From an uncultured delta proteobacterium (GTDB taxonomy: Bacteria; Myxococcota_A; Polyangia; Haliangiales; Haliangiaceae): DNA of 64,000 bases. The position numbers and the translations under genes are program-made. Under the pieces are notes generated by a model. That model did no database searches. It had not been told where the DNA came from and saw only the letters and a program-made list of their open reading frames with translations. Positions within the stretch are counted from its first letter, which is position 1. Every line of letters starts with the position of its first letter. The stretch lies in the NCBI GenBank assembly GCA_963764695.1, contig CAVXTW010000015.1, positions 221,845 to 285,844 of the forward strand. The letters run 5' to 3'. This document shows positions 1-10,097 of the stretch, piece by piece.

Positions 1-1376
<1,376 letters not shown>

Positions 1377-1607
1377 GCACCCCTCGTCCGAGCGACGGAT
1401 TGTAGCCCAGGCGACCTTTCCCGTCACCGTCACCAGAGATGGGACGTTCGACACCGCCCCCAGGTTTCATCGACTCTTGCCGCGGCCGGTCAGATGTGCC
1501 CCGGAGTGCGACAGCATTGCGGCATCTCGATGGATTTCGTCTCGTGATACCGTGGGTCGGATGGGGCCCACGGCTGTTCGGGTCTGGACCGGCGCAGGGG
1601 GGAAGCG

Positions 1608-2588
1608 GTGATGACGCGGTGGCGGCACGGCGTGATTCTGGGGGTCTGCGTGGCGTTGATCCTCGCGCTGGCGGTGGAATCGGCCGAGGCGAGGAGGCGG
1701 CGCCGGGCTCGCCGCTCGCGCCCGCAGCCGGTGGTGCCGGCCCTGACCATCGACGGCCTGCCCAATGTCCGCTCCGGCTCGGCGCTGGCCATCGACATGG
1801 ACACGAACACCATCGTCTACGGCAAGAACCCGGACACGGTGCGGGCCATCGCGTCGACCGGGAAGATCTTCGTGGCCCTGCTCGCGCGGCGGCGCGGCAT
1901 CGACCTGGACGGCGTCACCGAGATCACGATGGACGACGTGCACTACGCGCGCGGCGGCTCGCGCACGCACCTCGATCTGCGCCGCAGCTTCCGCAACCAC
2001 GATCTGCTGCGCGCCATGCTGATCGCGTCGGACAACCGGGCGGTGACGGCGGTGGGCCGCGCTGTCGGGCTGACCCCGGAGCAGCTGGTGCGCGAGATGA
2101 ACGGGCTCGCGCTCGACCTCGGGCTCAAGCGCACCACGTTCGTCGACCCGACCGGGCTCAACGGCAACTGGTCAACGGCGCGCGAGATGGCGCGGGCCCT
2201 GGCCGCCGCGCTGCGCGATCCGGTGCTGGCCGAAATTCTGGCCACGCGATACGCCAGCGTGAGCACGGTCGGCGAGGGCCGCGTGCGCACCATCCACTAC
2301 TCCAACACAAACCGCGTGCTGCACCGCAACGGGATGCGCGTGCTGGGCGGCAAGACCGGCTACACGCGTCCTGCCGGATATTGCCTGGTCACCGGTGTCG
2401 AGTTGAACGGACGTCGTCTAGCGTTCGTGTTCCTCGGCGGCGACGGTGAGCTGACCCGGTTCGCCGATTTCAACAGGGTGGTCGGGTGGATGGGCGGCAG
2501 CGGCGGAGGCGGCGGAGGCGGCGGCAGCGGGCCGGACGTCGCGGTCGGCGCGGCGGCGATGCAAATGAAAGCCGAAGACTCCCGCTGA
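1608..2588 (+). CDS. D-alanyl-D-alanine carboxypeptidase (peptidase S11, PBP5/DacA-like)
   Basis: Signal peptide, then SxxK (ASTGK), SxN (SDN) and KTG (GGKTGYT) active-site motifs, and a Gly-rich C-terminus. Confidence 0.8.
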   Translation: MMTRWRHGVILGVCVALILALAVESAEARRRRRARRSRPQPVVPALTIDGLPNVRSGSALAIDMDTNTIVYGKNPDTVRAIASTGKIFVALLARRRGIDLDGVTEITMDDVHYARGGSRTHLDLRRSFRNHDLLRAMLIASDNRAVTAVGRAVGLTPEQLVREMNGLALDLGLKRTTFVDPTGLNGNWSTAREMARALAAALRDPVLAEILATRYASVSTVGEGRVRTIHYSNTNRVLHRNGMRVLGGKTGYTRPAGYCLVTGVELNGRRLAFVFLGGDGELTRFADFNRVVGWMGGSGGGGGGGGSGPDVAVGAAAMQMKAEDSR

Positions 2589-2733
2589 TGAACCCGGAGC
2601 GTCGGGCGATGATGCGGGTATCCACTGGAGGTACTCATGCAGCCTCGCTTGACGCTCGGTTCGACTCGGATTCTCTCTCTCCCTCGCGCTCGGCCTGGTC
2701 GGGGTCGCGGCGGCGCCGGCCGGCGCCCAGCGC

Positions 2734-3498
2734 ATGCCGGACATGGCCACGCTCGACCGGGGTGACGGCATCTCGCGCATCGGGCTCGATTTCGGGGCCA
2801 CGTTCGTCGATGACTCCGCCGATGACGACGCGGCCATGCGCTTCGACATCTTCGGCCAGTTCGTCAGCTGGCAGGGCTTCGGCATCTACGGGTCGCTGCC
2901 CATCGCCCGCTCGGTGACCGACGGGGACGACACCACCGCGATCGGAAACTTCGATGTCGGCGCTCTGTATGTGATCGAGAGCCCGGCGCTGTCGCTCGTG
3001 TTCCGCGGCGGCGTGGCGCTGCCGACGGCCGACGACGACGCCGACGGATTCATCACCAACTACTTCGCCAGCTGGTCGCGGCTGACCGACGCAGTCCAGG
3101 TGATCCCGAACGTGACGTACATGCGGCTCGGCTTCTCGCCGCTGTTTCACGCCAGCAACCTGTTCGTGCGCGCCGACGTGGGCTTCGACCTGGCCGTGGC
3201 CGAGGAGGACGACAACCTCGGGCTGGCCCCGGATACGCTGTTCCGGCTCAACGTGGGCGGCGGCATCGATTTCGGCTCGGTCGCGCTCATGGCCGAGCTG
3301 GTCAACCTGGCCACCACCGACGACCTCCAGTTCGACGTCGGCGACGAGGAAGAGGACTTCATCCACACCTTCGCGGTGAGCGCGCGCTTCATGGGGACGA
3401 CCATGCAGCCGTACGTCACCTTCGGCATGCCGATCGACACCTACGGGCTGGACACGGTCAACTTCTTCCTCGGCGCGGGGCTGCAAGCGCGGCTGTGA
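2734..3498 (+). CDS. Hypothetical acidic secreted protein, possibly an outer-membrane beta-barrel
   Basis: 254-aa ORF with alternating hydrophobic residues. A signal-peptide-like stretch (LGFSLSLALGLVGVAAAPAGAQR) lies in frame just upstream (2653..2733) but has no canonical start, so the true start is uncertain. Confidence 0.4.
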   Translation: MPDMATLDRGDGISRIGLDFGATFVDDSADDDAAMRFDIFGQFVSWQGFGIYGSLPIARSVTDGDDTTAIGNFDVGALYVIESPALSLVFRGGVALPTADDDADGFITNYFASWSRLTDAVQVIPNVTYMRLGFSPLFHASNLFVRADVGFDLAVAEEDDNLGLAPDTLFRLNVGGGIDFGSVALMAELVNLATTDDLQFDVGDEEEDFIHTFAVSARFMGTTMQPYVTFGMPIDTYGLDTVNFFLGAGLQARL

Positions 3499-3533
3499 TC
3501 GACCGGGCGTGAGCGCGCGGCCGTGATCGGCCC

Positions 3534-5073
3534 ATGGCGGTGCTACAGTGCGCTGCCATGGGCTGGTCGCGTCGCGAGGTGCTGGCCGCGCTGGCCGCGG
3601 CCGGCGCCGCACCCGGATGGAGCGCGCTCTTGAGCGCGTGTGGCGGGGCGCGGCCGGCGCCGGCCGTCGTGCCGCGGGAGCCGGTCGCCGCCGAGACCGT
3701 CGCCGGGCTGCGCGATCAGCTGCGCCAGGTCGCGGCTGACCTGGGCCGGCGCTTCCGCTCCGTCGCGGTGCGGGCCGAGCTGGGGCGGGCGACGCGCGCG
3801 GTGGTCGAGCCGGAGGAGCGCGGCTTCGATCAGCGCGGGCGGTCGAGCCTGGTCCTGGCCGGGTTCGATGGCGCGGGCTGGTTCGAGCAGGCGACGTCGG
3901 ATTCTGTCGCGAGATGGAGTAGCGGCGGCGGCGGCGGCGCTGAGGGCGCGGGCGGTGCGGCGGACCATCGTGCCTCGGGCGGTGGCGCCGGCGGGGGGAG
4001 CAGCGAAGGTCGCGGCTGAGCGAGGTCAAGCTCGGCATCGATCCGCGCGACAAGCCGATCGGCGACTGGCTCGAGCGCGCCGGCGCGTCTGCAAGAGCGG
4101 GCGGCCAAGGTGGGCGGCAGCCGACTGGTGTACCGCGCGACCGCCGTCGAGGTGGACGACAGCGACGTCATGTTTCATCGGCGATGGACGCGACCTGGCC
4201 CAGCGCCTCGTGCGCACGCAGGCGCGGGTGCTGTTTCTGGCCTGGACGGGAGCGATGCTGGCGGCGGAGGAGGCGACCGCATCGGGCGCGCTCGGCCTCG
4301 AGGGCGCCGACATCTCCGGTGGCGAGATCGAGCGCGCCGCCGAGGGCGCCCTGACTCTTCTGACAAGCTCGCAGATGGAGGCCGGCACGCGCGAGCTGCT
4401 GCTCGATCCGTCGGTGGCCGCCCTGCTGATCGGGTGTGGCGTCGCGCGCGGCTTCGAGGGAGACGCGTGGGTGCGCGGCGCGCGCGCGGAGACCATGCAG
4501 GATAGAGCGGGCGCGGCCCAGGCGGTGACCCTGCACGACGATGCGACCGCGGGCCGCGCCTATGGCGGCTACCGGTTCGACGACGAGGGCTTTCCGGCCG
4601 CCCCGCTGGCGCTGATCGAGCGCGGCGTGGTGCGCGGCCCGCTTTGCGACGCGGCCGCGGCGTCGGCGCTGCGCCGTCCTCGCACCGGACACGGTCGGCG
4701 AGTCGGCCCGCTCGATGCGGTCGAGCCGCGCCCCTCGCACCTCGTGCTGGCGCCAGGGACGCGAGCGAGAGACGATCTGATCGCCGCGGTCAACGGACAG
4801 GGCTATCTGATCGAGAGCGGCGTGGACGGCAGCGGCGATCCGGTATCGTGGCGGGCGGCGGTGCGCGCGCGGAGGGCGCGAGAGATCGCGCGCGGCCGCC
4901 TGACCGGGCGCGTGTACGGGCCGGTCGTGGTGGCCGGCGACGTGCCTGCCCTGCTCGGCGCGGTGCGCGGCATCGACAAGGGCGTGCAGGCGTTCGGCTG
5001 GCGCGAGCGGGGCGCGGCCGTTTCGGTGGCGACGCCGTCGGTGCTCACGCGCGGCTGGGTGGGCGTCGAATGA
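3534..5073 (+). CDS. TldD/PmbA-family metallopeptidase with a twin-arginine (Tat) signal; appears disrupted by about 4 frameshifts
   Basis: N-terminus MGWSRREVLAALAAAGAAPGWSALLSAC (RR motif). Protein-like text switches frames at roughly 3900, 4020, 4090 and 4180. The C-terminal half (GGYRFDDEGFPAAPLALIERGVV...) is the conserved TldD/PmbA C-domain, and no HExxxH motif is seen. Confidence 0.6.
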
Positions 5074-5156
5074 CCGAGGTGTTCGGGTGCGCGAAAGCGG
5101 CCGTGTCGGTGGCGACGCCGTCGGTGCTCACGCGCGGCCGGGTGGGCGTCGAATGA
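5012..5156 (+). repeat. Direct near-perfect tandem duplication (~62 bp units, 83-bp period) of the 3' end of the first TldD/PmbA gene, including its stop codon
   Basis: gcggccgtttcggtggcgacgccgtcggtgctcacgcgcggctgggtgggcgtcgaatga at 5012..5073 is repeated at 5095..5156 with 2 mismatches. Confidence 0.8.
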
Positions 5157-5172
5157 TCGATCGGAGGCCGGC

Positions 5173-6540
5173 GTGGCGGTGACGGTCGAGCGGCTGGTGC
5201 GGCTGCTCGACGCCGCGGCCGGCGTCGACGAGTGGATCGCGGTCGAGTCGCGGGTGCGCAGCGTGTCGCGCGCGAGCGGGGCGCGGCCGGTGCGCAGCGA
5301 AGGCGAGGTGGTGTCGCTGAGCGCCGTCATCCTGCGCGACAGCGAGCAGGGTCGCGGCAGCGCGCGGCTGTGGCTCGACGGTGAGGACGCGGACGAGGCG
5401 CGGGCGCAGCGGCTCATCGCCATGGCCTCCGAGCGCGCCGCCCTCACCCTCGGTCCGGCCTGGACGCTGCCGGCGCCGGCCGCACCCGCGCAGGTGACGG
5501 TCGCCGATGCCGAGCTCGAGCGCGATCCGACCGGCGCGGTCGACCGGGCCATGGCGCAGGTCAACGCGGCGCAGGGCCGGCTGGCCGCGATCGGCCGCGC
5601 GCGCATCGAGGTGCAGGTGCACTCGCACGCGGCCGAGACCAGCCGCGGGTTCGCCAGCCAGTACACCGCGACCGCGGCGCTCTACGATCTGGCAGCCAGT
5701 GTGGGTGGCGAGAGCGGGTCGCCGCTCGAGCGCGTGCATGGATGCGTGCGCAGCGCGGCGCGGCTGTCGCTCCACCGGCGCATCGCCGACGCGGCCCGCG
5801 CCGCGTCGCGGCGCAAGGGAGCGCGGCCGCTCCAGCCCGGGCGCTACGATCTGCTGCTGCGGCCGGGCGCGATCGCCGGGCCGGGCGCCGGGCTCGATCG
5901 ATCGGCCGGCGCGGCCGCCTACGGCTGGTTCGCACCGCTGGTGGCCCACGCCGACGCGGAGCGGGTGCGCCTCGGGATCAGCCATCACCGGCCGGGCCAG
6001 CCGGTGTTCGCGGCTGGGGGCGGCGAGGGTGTCAGGCCCGGTGCCGCGCCGCGCGCCGGCGATGCCGATGTGTTCACGCTGGCGAGCGACGGCACCATCG
6101 ACTTCGGCCTGCTGAGCGCGCCGTTCGGCGAGCTGGGCGAGCCGGTGCGCCGCTTCGAGATCGTGCGCGACGGAGTGGCCGCCGGGCTGTCGCTCGATCA
6201 CCGCGAGGCCGCGCTGGCCCACACCACGCCGAACGGCGGCGTGCGCAACCTGGTACTGGACGCGGGCCGGACACCTGCAGCCGGGCTGGCCGCGCCGGGC
6301 CAGCGGCCGCTGCTCGACGTCGCGCATCTTTCCTGGATCGACTGCGACCCGCGCAGCGGCGCGCTGACCGCCGGCATCGGGGCGGCGACCGTGCGCGGCG
6401 CGGCGGTGACGGGCGGCCTGGTGGTCGGCAACGCGTTCGACCTGCTCGGCCGGGCGCGCCTGTCGGCGGAGACCGGCACCCTGGCCTGGTACCGCGGGCC
6501 GATCGCCATCCGCATCGACGGCGTGGACGTCACGGCTTGA
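5173..6540 (+). CDS. TldD/PmbA-family protein (second member of the pair)
   Basis: 455-aa intact ORF starting at a GTG, immediately after the duplicated 3' end of the preceding TldD-like gene. The C-terminal region fits the PmbA/TldD fold (GLVVGNAFDLLGRA...). Confidence 0.7.
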   Translation: MAVTVERLVRLLDAAAGVDEWIAVESRVRSVSRASGARPVRSEGEVVSLSAVILRDSEQGRGSARLWLDGEDADEARAQRLIAMASERAALTLGPAWTLPAPAAPAQVTVADAELERDPTGAVDRAMAQVNAAQGRLAAIGRARIEVQVHSHAAETSRGFASQYTATAALYDLAASVGGESGSPLERVHGCVRSAARLSLHRRIADAARAASRRKGARPLQPGRYDLLLRPGAIAGPGAGLDRSAGAAAYGWFAPLVAHADAERVRLGISHHRPGQPVFAAGGGEGVRPGAAPRAGDADVFTLASDGTIDFGLLSAPFGELGEPVRRFEIVRDGVAAGLSLDHREAALAHTTPNGGVRNLVLDAGRTPAAGLAAPGQRPLLDVAHLSWIDCDPRSGALTAGIGAATVRGAAVTGGLVVGNAFDLLGRARLSAETGTLAWYRGPIAIRIDGVDVTA

Positions 6541-6618
6541 GTCTCGACCGACCGGGCGATCAAGGGTGGCGGCTCGGCGGCCAGGCCAGCGACGCCTCAG
6601 CGGCTCAGCGGCGGCGGC

Positions 6619-7521
6619 TCACCCGGCCACGGCCGCGACCTCGCCGCGTCGAGCCGCGCCCGGCGACACGCCGATGAAGCGCTTGAACGCGCGACTGAAC
6701 GCCGCCTCCGATCGATAGCCGAGCCGGCTCGCCATCTCGCCGACCCCGAACGTCTCCTCGCGCAGCCAGTTCATGGCCACGTGCATGCGCCAGCGGGCCA
6801 GGTAGTGCATGACCGGCTCACCGACCAGCTGCGTGAAGCGCGCCGCGAACGCGGACCGCGACATCCCGACCTCGGCGGCCAGCGTCGACACAGTCCACGG
6901 CCGCGCCGGCTCGCGATGGATGGCCGCGATGGCGCGCCCGATCTGTCGGTCTTGCAGCGCGCCCAGCCATCCGGTCTGCGCGGCCGGGTCCCGCTCGATC
7001 CAGGAGCGAATCGCCTGGATGACCAGGATGTCGGCCAGCCGCGTGATGACCGTCTCGCCGCCGGGCCGCAGCTCCCTTGCCTCGGCCGCCATCAGCCGCA
7101 GCGTGCTCTGCAGCCACTCCGTCTGCGGCGAGCTCGACGCCTGCACGTGGATCATGCGCGGCAACAGCGCGATCAGATGATGCGCCGCCGGATGATCGAA
7201 CCTGACCGCACCGCACACCAGGCTGGTCGGCGCGCCGCCTCCGCCGTGGCGCAGCACCGCGTAGCGATCGCTGACATGCTCGTGCCGCAGATCGTCAACC
7301 CGCGGCGCCGTCACCCCCGGCTCGCTGAGCAGGCGGTGCCCGCGCCCATGCGGCACAAGCGCCAGGTCACCCGGCTCGAGCGCGGCCCGCTCGCCGCCAT
7401 CCACCTCGAGCCAGCAGCGACCGGTGGTCAGGACATGAAAGCTGAGGCACCCCGGCCGCGCCGGCATCGCCAGCCCCCAAGGCGCCGACATCTCCGACCG
7501 GCAATAGAAGGTGCCGGTCAT
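6619..7521 (-). CDS. AraC-family transcriptional regulator with an N-terminal cupin domain
   Basis: Minus ORF. The internal start MTGTFYCRSE at 7521 is favoured over the ORF-track start at 7809, which would overlap the next gene. C-terminal AraC HTH region (...SRAFKRFIGVSPG...). Divergent from the 7738 gene. Confidence 0.8.
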   Translation of the reverse strand: MTGTFYCRSEMSAPWGLAMPARPGCLSFHVLTTGRCWLEVDGGERAALEPGDLALVPHGRGHRLLSEPGVTAPRVDDLRHEHVSDRYAVLRHGGGGAPTSLVCGAVRFDHPAAHHLIALLPRMIHVQASSSPQTEWLQSTLRLMAAEARELRPGGETVITRLADILVIQAIRSWIERDPAAQTGWLGALQDRQIGRAIAAIHREPARPWTVSTLAAEVGMSRSAFAARFTQLVGEPVMHYLARWRMHVAMNWLREETFGVGEMASRLGYRSEAAFSRAFKRFIGVSPGAARRGEVAAVAG

Positions 7522-7737
7522 GCGCAGAAAGTGAAGCGCCTCGCCCAGCGGATCCTCGGTACGCGGCGCCTCCAGCACGCCGCCAGTATCGCGCTGACGC
7601 CCGCTCCTGCGTCCAGCCAGCCTGGACGCCCGAGCAAGAACCCGCGACGCCCGGTCATTGATGCGCCTGCCGACCAGCCCGATAGTGGACGCACTGCGGC
7701 GCAGCTCGCAGGTCGAATCCAAGAAGGAGCAAACACA

Positions 7738-8379
7738 ATGCGAATCGGGATCCTGGGTACCGGCGACGTCGGCAAGGCACTGGCCAACGCCTTCCTGGCA
7801 CTCGGTCACGACGTGAAGATGGGCTCGCGCGAGCCCGCCAACCCGAAGGCCACGGCGTGGGCGACCGAGGCTGGCTCGAAGGCGTCAGCCGGCACCTTCG
7901 CCGACGCCGCCGAGTTCGGCGAGCTGGTCGTCCTGGCCACTCTCGGCGCCGCCGCCGACAGCGTCCTCCGCGCCGCCGGCCCCGACCGCCTGGCCGGCAA
8001 GATCGTCATCGACACCACCAACCCCCTCGACATGTCTGCCGGCTTCCCGAAGCTCTCCGTCGGCCACACCGACTCCGGCGGCGAGCAGGTCCAGCGCCTG
8101 GCTCCCGACGCCCACGTCGTGAAGGCGTTCAACACCGTCGGCAACCCCCTCATGTTCCGCCCCGACCTGCCGGGCGGCCCCCCCGACATGTTCATCTGCG
8201 GCAATGACGACGACGCCAAGAAGAAAGTATCGGCTCTACTGGCCGACTTCGGCTGGGGCGTCGTCGACATCGGCGGCATCGAGGGCTCCCGCCACCTCGA
8301 GCCCATGTGCATCGTCTGGGTCGCCCACGGCTTCCGCTCCGGCTCGTGGAACCACGCCTTCAAGCTCCTGCGCAAGTGA
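7738..8379 (+). CDS. NAD(P)-binding oxidoreductase, NADPH-dependent F420 reductase (NpdG)-like
   Basis: RBS aaggagc 8 nt upstream of the ATG. N-terminal Rossmann motif MRIGILGTGDVGKALA. 213 aa. Confidence 0.75.
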   Translation: MRIGILGTGDVGKALANAFLALGHDVKMGSREPANPKATAWATEAGSKASAGTFADAAEFGELVVLATLGAAADSVLRAAGPDRLAGKIVIDTTNPLDMSAGFPKLSVGHTDSGGEQVQRLAPDAHVVKAFNTVGNPLMFRPDLPGGPPDMFICGNDDDAKKKVSALLADFGWGVVDIGGIEGSRHLEPMCIVWVAHGFRSGSWNHAFKLLRK

Positions 8380-9677
8380 TCGCCCGCCGGCCGATGAAGG
8401 CTACGCGCCGCGGCTCGCGCTCACCTTCGCGACCACGCCATCGCTCGAAGCCCCGCGCATTGCTTCGCGCGAGGACTCGTGCGTGAACATGGCTCCTCGA
8501 GGAGAGAGGTGGCGAGCTGGTCGCATACTCCCGACTGCTCGCTCCATGACCGAGATCCATTGGTGCTTGGCCAGTCGCGCTCTGCGGACTCGACCTCGAA
8601 GCGAAGCTCCTCGCCGAACCAGAATTGACGCGACTGTGTTGGGCCCGCGCCCGCTCTCAAGCCGAGCGAGCTCGATCTAAGTTGGCCAAGGTCGTCTGTT
8701 TCGACGGTAGCGATGGAGCACGCAAAATGACCCGTGGCGTGGCGTTACTCGGAGAATCGCGCCGTCATCATTCGCTCCTCGCTATTGGTCCTCCTTGATG
8801 ATGAAAATCGGTAGAGCATGCTGCGATCATTGTCGCACTCTTGTGCGCCCGTCGTCGTGAGAAGCTCCAGAGTCCCCTTGTCCTGTGCGTCCTCGATGGC
8901 CTTGGTGCTGTCAAGAACGCACGGAAAGTTGTAAGTCGCCAGGTGAGCGGCGCGCTCAGGACGGCCACGACGGTATCTTGGTCCGTGGAAGAAAGGTTCT
9001 GAACCACTCAGCGAGCCGAAGCGTTTCCTCTGGTGAGTCTACTCCCTGGCGGGTTCCGTATTGCGTCAATGATTCCCTGGCCGTGATGATAACGGCAAGC
9101 TTGATCGCCTCAATGAACTCGCGTTGATTCATCGATCGAATAATCCGGGTAGAGTCATTTGTTCAGGTCAATCAGCTCCTGCAATGCATCGGCGGGGGCA
9201 TCCGTGGACTGGCGGAGATTGCGAATCCCTCGCGCGAGCAAGATTCGTGCTGTTCCATTGTACGGTCCCTTCAGGGCGGGGAGCGGCAAGTGCTCTCGAG
9301 TAGGGAGCGCGATGGCCGGACCGCTGCTGCGATCGTAACCAGGCACAACCTGTTTCATTGCATGCCTGCTGGCCCTCGTGATGGTGGGCGAGATCATCGC
9401 CGACCCTGGAAACACGCTGCACTCCTCGAATCGCCCGACAGGTAGGGCACGACGCCGCGGCCAGCGGCAGCGGGCCTGCCGACCGTCCGAGAGCGGCAAG
9501 GTCGAAGAGCGCGGACCCGCCGGCCTCCCGCCATGCGGCCCTGGGCAGCGAAGTAGAGCGTGCCGACGAACCGGAAGAGAGCCTGCGAGGCTGTCGGCGG
9601 TGTGAGCAGCGGCTACTGTACCGTTCAGGCATTCGACCAGGCAGCCGCTCCGGCAGGGACACGTGCGGACCAACCAG
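8380..9677. other. Lower-GC (~55-58%), ORF-poor region immediately 3' of the RHS toxin tip; candidate immunity gene(s) or orphan toxin remnants
   Basis: GC visibly drops relative to the ~70% flanks. Only short, weak ORFs (e.g. minus 9155..9400 ending ...ILLARGIRNLRQSTDAPADALQELIDLNK, minus 8421..8660). Position matches where Rhs immunity genes normally sit. Confidence 0.4.
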
Positions 9678-10097
9678 CTACCGGCCCGGACTCGATAGTC
9701 TCTCTGGCGATCTGACGCATCCAAGCCCGGAGTGGCTCACGAGTTCATTGGGCATACACGCCGGACAAGCGGGATATCCCGAGGAGATGCCGCTAGAGTG
9801 GCCAACAGCAGCGGACCCTGACCCCATCGCCCATGGCTGCGCTCCACCCCTGACCCAGTTGAGACGATATCGGTGGGATTGTTGTCGTCCGAGCTCGGGG
9901 TGCCGGACGACCCGCCGTCCCAAGCAAGTCTCTGCATGATGCTCCCGACGGCGTTGCGAGGCCACGCTACCTACGTCCGGGCAGCCAGCGCAGACGGCGC
10001 GCAACGTGAAGTCGGTCATCGAGCCGAGCAACCCGCCGCCGCCGCCGTCCCCGCTGGTCACGTTCGAGATGAAATCGACGATGTCATCCCAGATGGA
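9678..10097 (-). other. C-terminal toxin (hypervariable) domain of the RHS protein, downstream of the DPxG autoproteolysis motif
   Basis: ~140 aa after IDPSGF (SIWDDIVDFISNVTSGDGGGGG...). GC falls across this segment. No recognisable toxin family by eye. Confidence 0.5.

Noticed and set aside
2495-2530. GGCGGAGGCGGCGGAGGCGGCGGCAGCGG simple-sequence tract (similar tracts at 46200..46260 and 35030..35100)
   Set aside because: These encode poly-Gly or poly-Asp-Gly linkers within coding regions. They are slippage-prone but not stand-alone repeat elements.
2635-4053. 472-aa minus-strand ORF, R/P/A-rich
   Set aside because: Low-complexity translation typical of an off-frame or antisense reading across high-GC coding DNA. 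It overlaps the real 2734..3498 and TldD-like genes.
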